DNA of 62,816 bases, filler included, from Myxococcota bacterium (GTDB lineage Bacteria; Myxococcota; Myxococcia; Myxococcales; Myxococcaceae): the NCBI GenBank assembly GCA_049322255.1. It is 2 parts of 2 records of this genome, joined end to end, with 100 filler letters (N's around TTAATTAATTAA, not from the genome) between each part and the next. Parts side by side here need not be neighbours in the genome. Positions count along the whole stretch, not along the records: positions 1 to 31,500 come from JBMORE010000036.1; 1 more part is not named here. One strand, given 5' to 3'. Below the pieces are notes generated by a model. That model was not told where the DNA came from, made no database searches, and was given only the letters and a program-made list of their open reading frames with translations. The translations under genes and the position numbers were made by a program. Position 1 is the first letter of the stretch; every line of letters starts with the position of its first letter. Positions 19,051 to 28,072 of this stretch are shown here, piece by piece.

Positions 19051-20313
19051 ATGAAACGCAATTGGGTCATGCTGTTCAGTCTTTTGGCTTCGTGTGGTCG
19101 TACCGCGACCGAGCGGGACGTTCTCGATTCACCCACCGCCGGCTCGCCCGCCGCGCAGGTGGACCCTCGCCCTCCGTCTCCGTGCTCGGCTCCCCGGGTG
19201 GGAATGCTGGCGAGGCGTGTCTTGGGTCCAGCCGCCGTTAGCGATCGGCTGGGCGAGCGAGAGCGAACCATCGCCGTGGCCACAGACGCGACTGCCCATG
19301 CGTTTCTGTGGATCGACGGCAACGAGCGGCTGATCTTTCAGCGGGAGCATCTCACTTCGGTGGTGGCGTCGGCGGCTCGTCAACCAGCGCTGGTGTGGAA
19401 CGGGATCGAGTACGGCGCGGCGTTCATCGATTTGGCCGGGGCTCGCTTCGTCACCCTCGACTCTCGAGGGATGGCGCAGGGTTCGCCGTTGGTGCTCGGG
19501 CCGCTGAGCACGTACATCGACGATGTCGCGCTCCTTTGGAGCGGCGACAGCTACCTGGTCTTTTGGACCGAACGGGCGAACCCCCGGGGGAGGGAGCTGA
19601 GAGGACAGCGCCTTTCCGCTCGTGGCGTCGCGCTGACCCCCGTACGCTCGATCGCGTCAGCCATTCAGTACGGCCAGATGAAGCTCTCCGTGGCGGCGGC
19701 GGCCGGGGAGGTGGCGGTCGCGGGTAACCCCTCAGATGAGCTCAATAAACATTTTCTGGCACGCGTGCCGATCGATTTGTCGTCACCGGGTCAGGTTCAT
19801 CGATTCCTCCTTGGCTACAGCAGAGAGATGCCGTTCGGGTCGCTGGTCGCGGCGTCAGAGTCTTCGGGTTGGACGTATTTCGGCTTCGGGGGCGGAAAGT
19901 GGCCACGCCCCGACCTCACCCGCGTCGTGGTGAGCGGCGATGGGGGCGTCACGACGTCCGTCGTTGCCCCTGGCCCGGCGTTCACCGTCGCCGATGTCTC
20001 CGCCCTTCGCTGCGGGCAGACCGAGGTAATCGCTCGGATAGATGACGACCTGACGGGGAAGGGCGGGTGCTGGATGGACGGCGACCCCGACTGCGCCTTT
20101 CCGCGCGTCGCTGTCGCGCTCCTTCAACCGGACGGTACTCTCGGCAAAGTCCAGTTCTCCGCAGAAGGCAGTACCGGAGTCGCACGCAGTCCGCTTTTGG
20201 TGCGCCGACCCGGGTCCTCGTCGGTGGATCTCGTGTGGCTGTCGAGACCGAACGCCGATGCAGGCGTGGAGTTGGTCATCAGCGAGGACATCGCTCGCTG
20301 CGGGTGTCCATGA
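19051..20313 (+). CDS. hypothetical beta-rich lipoprotein
   Basis: GAGGA ribosome-binding site; lipobox LASC; repeated PALVWNGIEYGAAF / VALLWSGDSYLVFW blades. Confidence 0.75.
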   Translation: MKRNWVMLFSLLASCGRTATERDVLDSPTAGSPAAQVDPRPPSPCSAPRVGMLARRVLGPAAVSDRLGERERTIAVATDATAHAFLWIDGNERLIFQREHLTSVVASAARQPALVWNGIEYGAAFIDLAGARFVTLDSRGMAQGSPLVLGPLSTYIDDVALLWSGDSYLVFWTERANPRGRELRGQRLSARGVALTPVRSIASAIQYGQMKLSVAAAAGEVAVAGNPSDELNKHFLARVPIDLSSPGQVHRFLLGYSREMPFGSLVAASESSGWTYFGFGGGKWPRPDLTRVVVSGDGGVTTSVVAPGPAFTVADVSALRCGQTEVIARIDDDLTGKGGCWMDGDPDCAFPRVAVALLQPDGTLGKVQFSAEGSTGVARSPLLVRRPGSSSVDLVWLSRPNADAGVELVISEDIARCGCP

Positions 20314-20349
20314 GTTTCACGCACAGACGAGGCTGAGCTGCGGTGCCGC

Positions 20350-20390
20350 CTCAAGGCCTGCGGTAGACGACGATCTGCGGCGTCTCGTCG
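20350..20390. repeat. right direct repeat, the current 3' end of the glycosyltransferase gene
   Basis: CTCAAGGCCTGCGGTAGACGACGATCTGCGGCGTCTCGTCG. Confidence 0.85.
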
Positions 20391-22165
20391 ACGTAGAGCC
20401 CGGCGACCGGAGTGGTGGTGCCGAAGGCCTGCCACATCTGGAACTCCGACTCGCGGAACTCCTGGTGGTACTGGTACACGGCGAACTGCGCGTCGAAGGG
20501 GCCGCCGGTGGGTACCAGATCTCTTCGCAACATGCCGTTGCGCTGGTAGTCGCGGAAGGAAAAGCCGTTCACCTCGTGCAGATAAACCCGCGCTCCCGGC
20601 GGTGCATGCTGGTTGAGCCACTCCAGCACTCCGGTGACGTGGCTGGACCAGAACTGACGCTGCATACCCAGCGAGGCGGCTCCGGGGAGGCCTCCGGCGA
20701 GCTCGGAGTAGTACGCGGTGCCGTAGGGGTGAACCCGCGCGGTGGCGATGAGGGGAGGGGTGAGGAGGAGAACGGAGAGGAGGGAGAATTGGGCGAGGTG
20801 GTGCCCCTCACCCTTGCCCTCTCCCACAGGGAGAGGGAGGACGGCGCTCACACGCGCGACGATGTAGCCAGCGAGGATGGCGAGGAAGGGCATCGAGGGG
20901 AACCAGTGCTTCACCCCTCCGAAGTGCGGCACGCTGGGGTGACTGATGATGGCGATGGCGGTCAGCGCGTTCACCACCACCAGCGCCTCGCCGAAGCTGG
21001 GCAGCATCCCTTTCTTCCATCGTGCCAGCACCGTGCGGCCCACGACGGCAAAAAGGCCGAGCACCATGGGGAGGAAAAGGGTGAGGGGAACGGTGAGCGC
21101 GGTCTTCACCACCACGTAGGCGAGCGGGAAGGGCGGCTCTCGGAGCAGCTCGCCCAAGTAGAACCAGGTGTAGTGCTCATGCCGCGCGTGGAAGGAAAAC
21201 CACCAGGCGACGCGCTCCACCGGCGAATGCCACAGGTACGGCCACAGAAGGTAGAAGAGGACCGGCCCGAGCACCGCCATCGCCGGCACTGCAGCGACCG
21301 CGCGGAAGCTCGGCAGGTGGGTCCGGTACAGCTGAAGCAGGAGGTAGCTGCTTCCGCCCGCAAGACCTAGGAAGAGCGCGGTCGGCGGGCTCAGCACGCG
21401 GAAGCTGGCCTGGAAGCCGATCGGCCCCAGGGCGAGCAGCAGCAAGCCGTAGAGCACGCCGACGGCGGCGAAGAGCCCCACCAGCTGCAAGAAGAGCCTG
21501 CGCGCTTGGGGAGACGACGCGCTCTGCCGCCACCCACTCCAGAGTGCAAAGGGGGTAAGCACGAACGGGAGGAACAGCGCGTTGTGCTTGGTGGCCAGCG
21601 CGAGCCCGAAGGCCACTCCGCAAAAGGCCCACCAGCGCGGCGCCGACTGCGCACGCCAAAACGCATAGACGGTGAAGAGCCACGTCGCCGCCATGGGAAC
21701 GTCGAAGCACGCCAGGTGCGCGTTGAAGAACTGGCGCGGCACCAAAAAGAAGGACAGAGCGGCGAACAGCCCCGCCTTGCGCCCGTACAAGTCTCTCCCC
21801 AGGAGGAACACCAGCACGGGGATGAGCGCCGCCACCGCGAACGCGGGAATGCGAAACGCCGTCGCCGGCCGCACCCAACCCAGACCTTCGTGGAAGAGGA
21901 GGTAGGAGAGCCCGAACAGGCTCTTCATCAGCACCGGGTGCTCGTGGTTGAAGTCGAAGGCGCGGGTGATGGCTCCGTCGGTCAGCGCCACCGCCGGCTC
22001 GCGCGCGAGCAGCTTGAACCAGCCGGCGTACGACTCGGCGGCGGCGAAATACACGCTCTCGTCACGGGTGAAGCCGACCGCGCGCTCGGTGAGAAAGAGG
22101 GTGAGGAAGCTGGCGAAAAAGAGCCCCGCGCACAGGACGCGGTCGTTGGGCGCCCCAAGCTTCAT
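20351..22165 (-). CDS. GT-C glycosyltransferase (ArnT/PMT, GT39/GT83-like)
   Basis: GFTRDESVY, EHPVLMK and LATKHNA motifs with many TM helices; start overlaps the upstream stop. Confidence 0.88.
   Translation of the reverse strand: MKLGAPNDRVLCAGLFFASFLTLFLTERAVGFTRDESVYFAAAESYAGWFKLLAREPAVALTDGAITRAFDFNHEHPVLMKSLFGLSYLLFHEGLGWVRPATAFRIPAFAVAALIPVLVFLLGRDLYGRKAGLFAALSFFLVPRQFFNAHLACFDVPMAATWLFTVYAFWRAQSAPRWWAFCGVAFGLALATKHNALFLPFVLTPFALWSGWRQSASSPQARRLFLQLVGLFAAVGVLYGLLLLALGPIGFQASFRVLSPPTALFLGLAGGSSYLLLQLYRTHLPSFRAVAAVPAMAVLGPVLFYLLWPYLWHSPVERVAWWFSFHARHEHYTWFYLGELLREPPFPLAYVVVKTALTVPLTLFLPMVLGLFAVVGRTVLARWKKGMLPSFGEALVVVNALTAIAIISHPSVPHFGGVKHWFPSMPFLAILAGYIVARVSAVLPLPVGEGKGEGHHLAQFSLLSVLLLTPPLIATARVHPYGTAYYSELAGGLPGAASLGMQRQFWSSHVTGVLEWLNQHAPPGARVYLHEVNGFSFRDYQRNGMLRRDLVPTGGPFDAQFAVYQYHQEFRESEFQMWQAFGTTTPVAGLYVDETPQIVVYRRP
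20802..20842. repeat. REP-like palindromic element located in frame inside the glycosyltransferase CDS
   Basis: TGCCCCTCACCCTTGCCCTCTCCCACAGGGAGAGGGAGGAC; nearly identical to the reverse complement of 23622..23660. Confidence 0.85.
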
Positions 22166-23103
22166 GCGCCGCTCCCGGGGTACACGAAGAGCTCTACGCA
22201 CACGTCCCGCAGCTCGGAGCGGTCCGACTGCGTCCATATCTTGAGGACTCCCCCGTCGCTCTTCCCCTTCGCTCGCTGCACGCCCTCGAGCCCGCGCGGG
22301 ATGGAGAAGCTCGCCAGCGAAGCACCGGTGGCGGCTTGGTCGACGCCCACGTGCACCGCAGTGAGGTCGGGACGTTTGAAGTAGCCGCGGTCCCAAGTGA
22401 GGCCGGCCTCGAGCGACAGCTCTCCTGGGGGAGCGGAGAGCTCGACCACCAGCCGCTGGGGGCCGCCGGGTGGCTTCATCCACAGACAGCGCTTGGGAGC
22501 CGCTTTGATTTCATGCCACTCGGCAGCCACGTAAACCCCGCCCGTGCAGCGGTGGGCGTTGCCGAGGAAGGTGCACTCGGTACGGCCGTGCGGCCCCTCG
22601 AGGTACACCCGTGCCGAAGCCAGCGCCGCCGTCGCCGAAAACGACGCCGGCCGGTAACGCCCGTTCTGGAACAGGGTGAGCTCGAGGTTTCCCAAGCGGC
22701 GTGGGTCACCCACCCGGGTGCGCTGGGGCAAGAACTGCGCATCGAAGCTGGCCCGGTCGGCGTTGGGAAGCGAGGGCTGTGAGAGCAACCAGACGCGTGG
22801 GTGCGCCTCGAGCGCGTCGCCTTCAGAGTGCTGGTAGCCCACCACCGGCACTTCAGGGCGCACGAACAGGCGCGCTCGCTCCGTCCACCAAGGATGCAAG
22901 AGCACCACGTCGCCCGGCACGGCCTCGGAGGCGAGGACGTCGGCGATGCGCCGGTAGTCCTCCTCGGAGACCTGCCTCCCCGGCAGCGAGAGCTGAAACC
23001 AGAGCGCCCACAGCGCGGTGATGAGGAGCAAGCCCAAGCCGAGCTTGGGCAAGGCGGCGAGCAGACGCTCGATGGGGATGTCGTCGCGCTCAGGACTTGG
23101 CAA
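22162..23103 (-). CDS. hypothetical membrane-anchored protein (carD-carG-orf-GT operon)
   Basis: N-terminal TM helix; overlaps both neighbours; start uncertain (TTG at 23103). Confidence 0.75.
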   Translation of the reverse strand: MPSPERDDIPIERLLAALPKLGLGLLLITALWALWFQLSLPGRQVSEEDYRRIADVLASEAVPGDVVLLHPWWTERARLFVRPEVPVVGYQHSEGDALEAHPRVWLLSQPSLPNADRASFDAQFLPQRTRVGDPRRLGNLELTLFQNGRYRPASFSATAALASARVYLEGPHGRTECTFLGNAHRCTGGVYVAAEWHEIKAAPKRCLWMKPPGGPQRLVVELSAPPGELSLEAGLTWDRGYFKRPDLTAVHVGVDQAATGASLASFSIPRGLEGVQRAKGKSDGGVLKIWTQSDRSELRDVCVELFVYPGSGA

Positions 23104-23605
23104 GGCGAATTTTCTGCTCGCTCTTCTCGCGACAGAACACGCAGAAGGCGGCGTCGCCCTGGACGAACGACGGTGTCCACTGCGGGTACATCGCACAGCG
23201 CGGGTCGAGGCAGTGGTGCAGCTCCCACAGGTGGCCGAGCTGATGCATCGCGTGGCGGGCGACCAACTTGAGGCCCGCCTCTTCGAGGCTTTTCACCCCC
23301 GCGGTCGACACCAGGGCTTTGTCCTTGCTGTAGCGGGCGACCCCGTAGGTGGGGGCGGTGCCCGAGGGCAGCGGGCGCTCCTTGAGCTTCTTCGCGGTGA
23401 GGTAGAGCACCTTGTCGTCGGCGTACGCGCGCACCGCCGGAGCGTCTTCCAACAACCGGTGGGCGTCGTAGGGCTCGCTGTGTCCTCCCGGTACGGAGAG
23501 CTGTCCCGAGTGCTCGGTGCCGACTCCGAACGCGGTGTAGAGAACCTGGCAGAGCTTGCCCAGCTGCTTTTCGTCGTAGGAGTCGAGGGTGACGACGCGA
23601 ATCAC
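23090..23605 (-). CDS. carG: CarG, non-proteolytic archaemetzincin-like zinc-binding partner of CarD
   Basis: HQLGHLWELHHCLDPRCAM...CVFC fits the CarG HQx2Hx2Ex2HCx4CxM...Cx2C signature (Gln in place of the catalytic Glu); lies directly downstream of carD. Confidence 0.92.
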   Translation of the reverse strand: MIRVVTLDSYDEKQLGKLCQVLYTAFGVGTEHSGQLSVPGGHSEPYDAHRLLEDAPAVRAYADDKVLYLTAKKLKERPLPSGTAPTYGVARYSKDKALVSTAGVKSLEEAGLKLVARHAMHQLGHLWELHHCLDPRCAMYPQWTPSFVQGDAAFCVFCREKSEQKIRLAKS

Positions 23606-23621
23606 GGTGTCCTCAAGCGAT

Positions 23622-23660
23622 GTCCCCTCTCCCACCGGGAGAGGGCAAGGGTGAGGGGCA
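23622..23660. repeat. REP-like palindromic element between carD and carG
   Basis: GTCCCCTCTCCCACCGGGAGAGGGCAAGGGTGAGGGGCA; CCCTCTCCC/GGGAGAGGG hairpin. Confidence 0.85.
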
Positions 23661-23664
23661 AAAT

Positions 23665-24543
23665 TTATTTCTTCTTCTTCGCCGGCTTGGCCTTGGGTTT
23701 GGCCTTCGGTTTGGCCTTCGTGGCTTTGGGTTTGGGCTTCTCCTTCGGGGGGCGGCCGCGCTTGTGCTTCTTGGGCAGCGCCTCCTCGGGGACCAGAGCG
23801 GTGCCCATGGGCTGGGTGACGTCCTCGTCGGAGAGGGGAGCCTTCTTCGTTTTCTTGGCGATCTTGCGCTCCTCCTCTTTTTCCTCCTCGGCCCCGGCCT
23901 CTTCTGCCTCTTCTGGAGCTTCGGCAGCCTCCTCGGGAAGGCCCAAATCGCCGCCCTCCTCGAGCAGATCACCGCCCAGCTCCAGGTCTTCGTCTGCTCC
24001 GCCCGGGCGGAACTCCTCGGCCGTTCGCTTGGGGCGCTCCTTGCCCACCGGGAAGAGCACGATGTCCACCGCGTCTTCGGCGTCGCACTCGGACATACCG
24101 AGGGCGATGGAGATTTCGGTCACCAACAGGTGCCGCGCGCTGTCATAGAGCTCGCGCTCCTTGGTAGGCAGCGGGCGCAGCTCGGAGAGCACTTGCAGGT
24201 CCTTGACCACCTCGGCCAGCCCGAGCAACCCGCCGGTGGTCATACGGTCGACGTTGGTGCGGGCGCGGTGCTTCCAGTCGAGGTCGGCCTTTTCTCCGTC
24301 TGACTTGAGGTGAGCGAAAATCTTTCCGACGTCGGCGGCGGTGGCGACCTTGCGCAGGCCGATCGTCTGCACCTTTGCTTGGGGCACGCGCACCACCGCG
24401 CCGTCCTCCTCGCGCTTCATGGTGACGAAGGTGAGCTTTTGCCCGGAGATTTCGAGCGCCTCCACCCCCGACACCCGGCACACGCCCTGGTTGGGGTAGA
24501 CGACACGGTCGCCGACGGCGAGTGAGAGCATTGAATCCGCCAT
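23665..24543 (-). CDS. carD: CarD transcriptional regulator (CarD/TRCF N-domain, acidic region, basic DNA-binding tail)
   Basis: VGDRVVYPNQGVCRV, GLRKV and WKHRAR motifs; Glu-rich tract; KRGRPP AT-hook followed by KPKA repeats; adjacent to carG. Confidence 0.93.
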   Translation of the reverse strand: MADSMLSLAVGDRVVYPNQGVCRVSGVEALEISGQKLTFVTMKREEDGAVVRVPQAKVQTIGLRKVATAADVGKIFAHLKSDGEKADLDWKHRARTNVDRMTTGGLLGLAEVVKDLQVLSELRPLPTKERELYDSARHLLVTEISIALGMSECDAEDAVDIVLFPVGKERPKRTAEEFRPGGADEDLELGGDLLEEGGDLGLPEEAAEAPEEAEEAGAEEEKEEERKIAKKTKKAPLSDEDVTQPMGTALVPEEALPKKHKRGRPPKEKPKPKATKAKPKAKPKAKPAKKKK

Positions 24544-24626
24544 GTCCCCCTCCGGCGTTTCGCCAGAGCCGGGGGTCGTAGCAATAACCTCACCCCCGCG
24601 CCACATCGTTGTGCGGCCTTACCGTC

Positions 24627-24812
24627 TTAGCGGCCTTCGCTCGTCTGCTGGGCAATCATCTGGCGTAAGAGCTGGTGCAACCGGGCGTCCACCGCGGCCC
24701 GCACCTTGGCCTCGTCGACGTCCTGGTCGTGGGCCGACACGCTCGTCGAGGTACCCACCGCTCCCAGAATCGCCAACCCCAGCGCTGCCATCGCGAACAG
24801 CTTCTTCATCAC
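24627..24812 (-). CDS. small secreted protein
   Basis: AAGGAG ribosome-binding site; signal peptide MKKLFAMAALGLAILGAVG...VSA. Confidence 0.7.
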   Translation of the reverse strand: MMKKLFAMAALGLAILGAVGTSTSVSAHDQDVDEAKVRAAVDARLHQLLRQMIAQQTSEGR

Positions 24813-25001
24813 CGCTCCTTGGTTACGTTTGCCTACATGGTAGGAGAGCGGAGGGAAGGATCAATTTTTCGGCGACGGAGCGCTACGTAGCAGGCGCTCA
24901 AGCGAGCCTTGACCCCGCTCGATCGGCTGTGCGACACCGCGACCGCAACTGAACGTCGTAGGCCCGCGAAAGCTGGTGCGTTGGTGGCTGAGAGCAAGCT
25001 G

Positions 25002-27470
25002 ATGGGGCGCGTGGAGAAGTTCCTCGGCGATGTCAGTGCACGTTGGCATCGCCGGCCGTTGTTGGCGTTGGTGGCGGCGGGGCTGTTGACCCTGGTCGGC
25101 GGCGGGCTGGCTCAGGGGCTTCCCCTGGTCGCCGACTTGGAGAAGCTTCTCCCTAAGTCGTTCGACTCGGTGCGCGACCTCGAGCCGGTGAAGGAGTACT
25201 TCGGGGGCATCGGCTACATCGTCTTCGTGGGCATGGACGCCGAGCCAGCGAAGCTCAAGGCGTGGGTCGACGAGGTGGTGCCCGCAGTCGAGAAGATGGA
25301 GGGCATCAAGTTCGTCGACTGGAAGCGCGAGGCGCAGTGGCTCAAGGACCGGCAGCTCTACTACCTCTCGCCGGAGGACTTACGCGAGGTGGGCGACCGC
25401 ATCATCGCGCGCGTCAAGTACGAGAAGAAGAAGCGCAACCCGATGTTCGTGCAGCTGGAGGATGAAGACCCGCCCCCGCTGGAGTTCGACGACATCGAGG
25501 CCAAGTACGGCACCCGCAGCGACCAGCGGCTCGCGGGCGGAGGCGAGGAGTACTACCTCGACGCGCAAAAGAAGATGGTGGTGGTGATGGCCAAGCCGGT
25601 CACCACCTCCAGCGACCTGGCCTTCTCGGAGCAGCTGGTGGCGAGCTCCGAGGCCTTCATCGAGAAGCACCAGGCGGAGTGGAAACAAAAGTACGGCCCC
25701 GACTTCCACGTGGGGCTCACCGGCACCTTCAAGTACAAGGTCGATCAGCAGCGGCAGATCGGCGGCGACATGGCGAAGGCCTCGGTGCTGGCGTTCGTCA
25801 TTCTCCTGGTCTACCTCGCCATCCATTTCCGCAGCCTGCTCGCAGTAGCGTTCACGTTAGGGCCTGTGCTCTGCGGCCTGGCGTGGACCTACGGCATCAC
25901 CTTTCTCACCTTCGGGTCGATCAACGTTCTCACCGGATTTCTGGGCGCTGTCCTTGGCGGCCTGGGCTTCGAGCACGGCATTCACCTCATCGGACGCTAC
26001 GGGTCGCTGCGCAGCCAGGGTGTCTCCTCGGAAGACGCAACCCGCCAGGCCTTCGAGCACACCGGAACCTCGGCGCTGGTGGCCTCGCTCATCGCCGCGT
26101 GCACTTTTGCCGGCATCGCCTACTCCGAGTTCAAGGCCTTCCGCGAGTTCGGGGTGATGGCTGCGGTGGGCATGATCGTGGTGCTGGCGGCCTATGTGCT
26201 GGTTCTGCCCGCCTGCCTGGGCCTGGCTTCACGCTTCGACTGGAAGCCCGGCGCGGCGGTGAGCGGAGCGAAGTCGAACCTGGCGCACGCGCTACCCCGG
26301 CACGCGGGCAAGGTAGTAGCCGGGGTGAGCCTGGCGCTGGCGTTCTTCATGGTCAACATCCCCGGCACGCGCTTCAACTACGACTTCCACTCGCTGGAAG
26401 ACTCGTCGCTGCCCAGCTTCACCTTGGACCGGGAGACCAACCGGATCCTCGGCTACAACATGGAGCCGGTGGTCATTCTCACCGATGACACGCAGAGCGA
26501 GCGGCTCTTGGTCGAGGCGCTCAAGGAGCGAAGGGCGAAGGCGGGCAAGGACTCGACGATCGACTTCATCGGTTCGCTGGGCGAGCTGGTGCCGGCCCAC
26601 CAGGAGGAAAAGAAGGCGGTGCTGGAGGAGATTCACGCCGCGATCGCGCCCATTCAACCCGAGTGGTTCGAGAACCTGTCGATGCGCCGCCGCTTCGAAG
26701 ATCTCAAGCATCAAGTGGCGATGCCCACCTTCACCCGCGAGGACATTCCGCTGTCCATTCGCCGCGGCTTCGAGGGCACCGGGCAGTCGAAGAAGGGCGG
26801 CTTCATTCTCATCTTCCCCAACATCAAGCTCTCCGACGGCGAGGCGGTGAGCCAGTTCGCCCAGGAAGTGCGCGGGCTGCAACTGCCTGGAGGCAAGACT
26901 TTCTCCGCCGCCGGTGAAGCGATGGTGCTCGCCGACGTGCTCAACATGGTCAAGCGCGAGTTTAGGCCGATGCTGACCATCGCCGCCGTCACCGCGTTGC
27001 TCCTCATGTGGCTCACCCTGGGCAGCTTGCGCATGGCGCTCTTGTGCATGTCGCCCACCGCCCTGTCCTTGTTCGGGCTGGTGGGCTTCATGTCCCTCGC
27101 CGACATTTCCTTCAACTACCTGAACATCATCGTGGTTCCGGTGCTGGTGGGAACCACGGTGGATGGAGGGGTACACCTCATCACCCGCCTCTCGGAGTCC
27201 CACGATGACTTCAAGGGCGTCTACGCCGAGGTGGGGCGGGCGATCGTCGGAGGCCTCATCACCTCGGGGGTGGGCTTCGGGGCGATGCTCATCGCCGATC
27301 ACCCCGGGCTCAACTCCATCGGCCAGCTGGCCAACCTGGGCTTCGCCTTGAACCTGGTGGTGATGGTGCTGGGATTTCCCGCGCTGCTACTCCTGTTGGC
27401 GCGCTGGGCCAATAAATCTTCCGCCGCGGCCTCCGTCGAAGCCGCTGTCCAAGGAGACAACCGAACATGA
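25002..27470 (+). CDS. MMPL/RND family transporter (HpnN-like)
   Basis: Two TM repeats with large periplasmic loops; GLGFEHGIHL and GTTVDGGVHL motifs; start approximate. Confidence 0.9.
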   Translation: MGRVEKFLGDVSARWHRRPLLALVAAGLLTLVGGGLAQGLPLVADLEKLLPKSFDSVRDLEPVKEYFGGIGYIVFVGMDAEPAKLKAWVDEVVPAVEKMEGIKFVDWKREAQWLKDRQLYYLSPEDLREVGDRIIARVKYEKKKRNPMFVQLEDEDPPPLEFDDIEAKYGTRSDQRLAGGGEEYYLDAQKKMVVVMAKPVTTSSDLAFSEQLVASSEAFIEKHQAEWKQKYGPDFHVGLTGTFKYKVDQQRQIGGDMAKASVLAFVILLVYLAIHFRSLLAVAFTLGPVLCGLAWTYGITFLTFGSINVLTGFLGAVLGGLGFEHGIHLIGRYGSLRSQGVSSEDATRQAFEHTGTSALVASLIAACTFAGIAYSEFKAFREFGVMAAVGMIVVLAAYVLVLPACLGLASRFDWKPGAAVSGAKSNLAHALPRHAGKVVAGVSLALAFFMVNIPGTRFNYDFHSLEDSSLPSFTLDRETNRILGYNMEPVVILTDDTQSERLLVEALKERRAKAGKDSTIDFIGSLGELVPAHQEEKKAVLEEIHAAIAPIQPEWFENLSMRRRFEDLKHQVAMPTFTREDIPLSIRRGFEGTGQSKKGGFILIFPNIKLSDGEAVSQFAQEVRGLQLPGGKTFSAAGEAMVLADVLNMVKREFRPMLTIAAVTALLLMWLTLGSLRMALLCMSPTALSLFGLVGFMSLADISFNYLNIIVVPVLVGTTVDGGVHLITRLSESHDDFKGVYAEVGRAIVGGLITSGVGFGAMLIADHPGLNSIGQLANLGFALNLVVMVLGFPALLLLLARWANKSSAAASVEAAVQGDNRT

Positions 27471-28072
27471 GAAAGCTCGCCCTTGCCGTGATGTTGCTCC
27501 CGCTCCCCGCGCTCGCTCAGAAACCGGCACCGGCCACCGCGCGGACCGAAGCGTTCATCGCCGCGCTGCTCAAGGTGAAGCCCGACGACGGGAAGCTTTC
27601 CGCCGCTGACAAGGCCGCCAACGAGAAGGCGTTCACCGAGCTCGACGGGTTTTTCGACTACGACTATTTGACCTCCGCGCCCATCTCCAAGCGGGCCGAC
27701 AAGTTCACAGCGGAGCAGAAGGCCGACTTCCAAAAGAAGTTTCGCGAGCTGATTCGCCTGGTCGCCTACCCGGACTCGGGTGCCTTCTTCAAGAAAGCCA
27801 AGTACACGCTCAAGCCACCCGTGGAGAAGGGTGAGCAGGTCGACGTCACCATCGATGCCAAGGTGGTGAAGGACGACCTGGAGACCAAGGTCGATCTCCA
27901 TTGGAAGCAGGTGAAGGGCGCGCTGCGCATCTTCGATGTCTCGTTCGACGGCGACTCGCTGGTGAAGGACTACCAGGCCCAGTTCAACAAGATCATCGAC
28001 AAGGACGGCAGCAAGGGCCTCATCGAGCGGGTGGAGAAGAAGCGAGCCGAGCTGGACAAGAAGGAGAAGTGA
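27467..28072 (+). CDS. MlaC/Ttg2D/HpnM-family periplasmic lipid-binding protein
   Basis: Signal peptide; FFDYDYL, FTAEQKADF and RIFDVSFDGDSLVKDYQAQFNKII motifs. Confidence 0.88.
   Translation: MRKLALAVMLLPLPALAQKPAPATARTEAFIAALLKVKPDDGKLSAADKAANEKAFTELDGFFDYDYLTSAPISKRADKFTAEQKADFQKKFRELIRLVAYPDSGAFFKKAKYTLKPPVEKGEQVDVTIDAKVVKDDLETKVDLHWKQVKGALRIFDVSFDGDSLVKDYQAQFNKIIDKDGSKGLIERVEKKRAELDKKEK

Noticed and set aside
17931..20395. The repeat pair as a DGR template/variable repeat
   Set aside because: Mismatches are not confined to adenines of either copy, the repeat is only ~41-46 bp, and no reverse transcriptase is present.
23090..23605. Archaemetzincin protease inactivated by mutation, as a novelty
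   Set aside because: The HQxxH substitution is the known signature of CarG.
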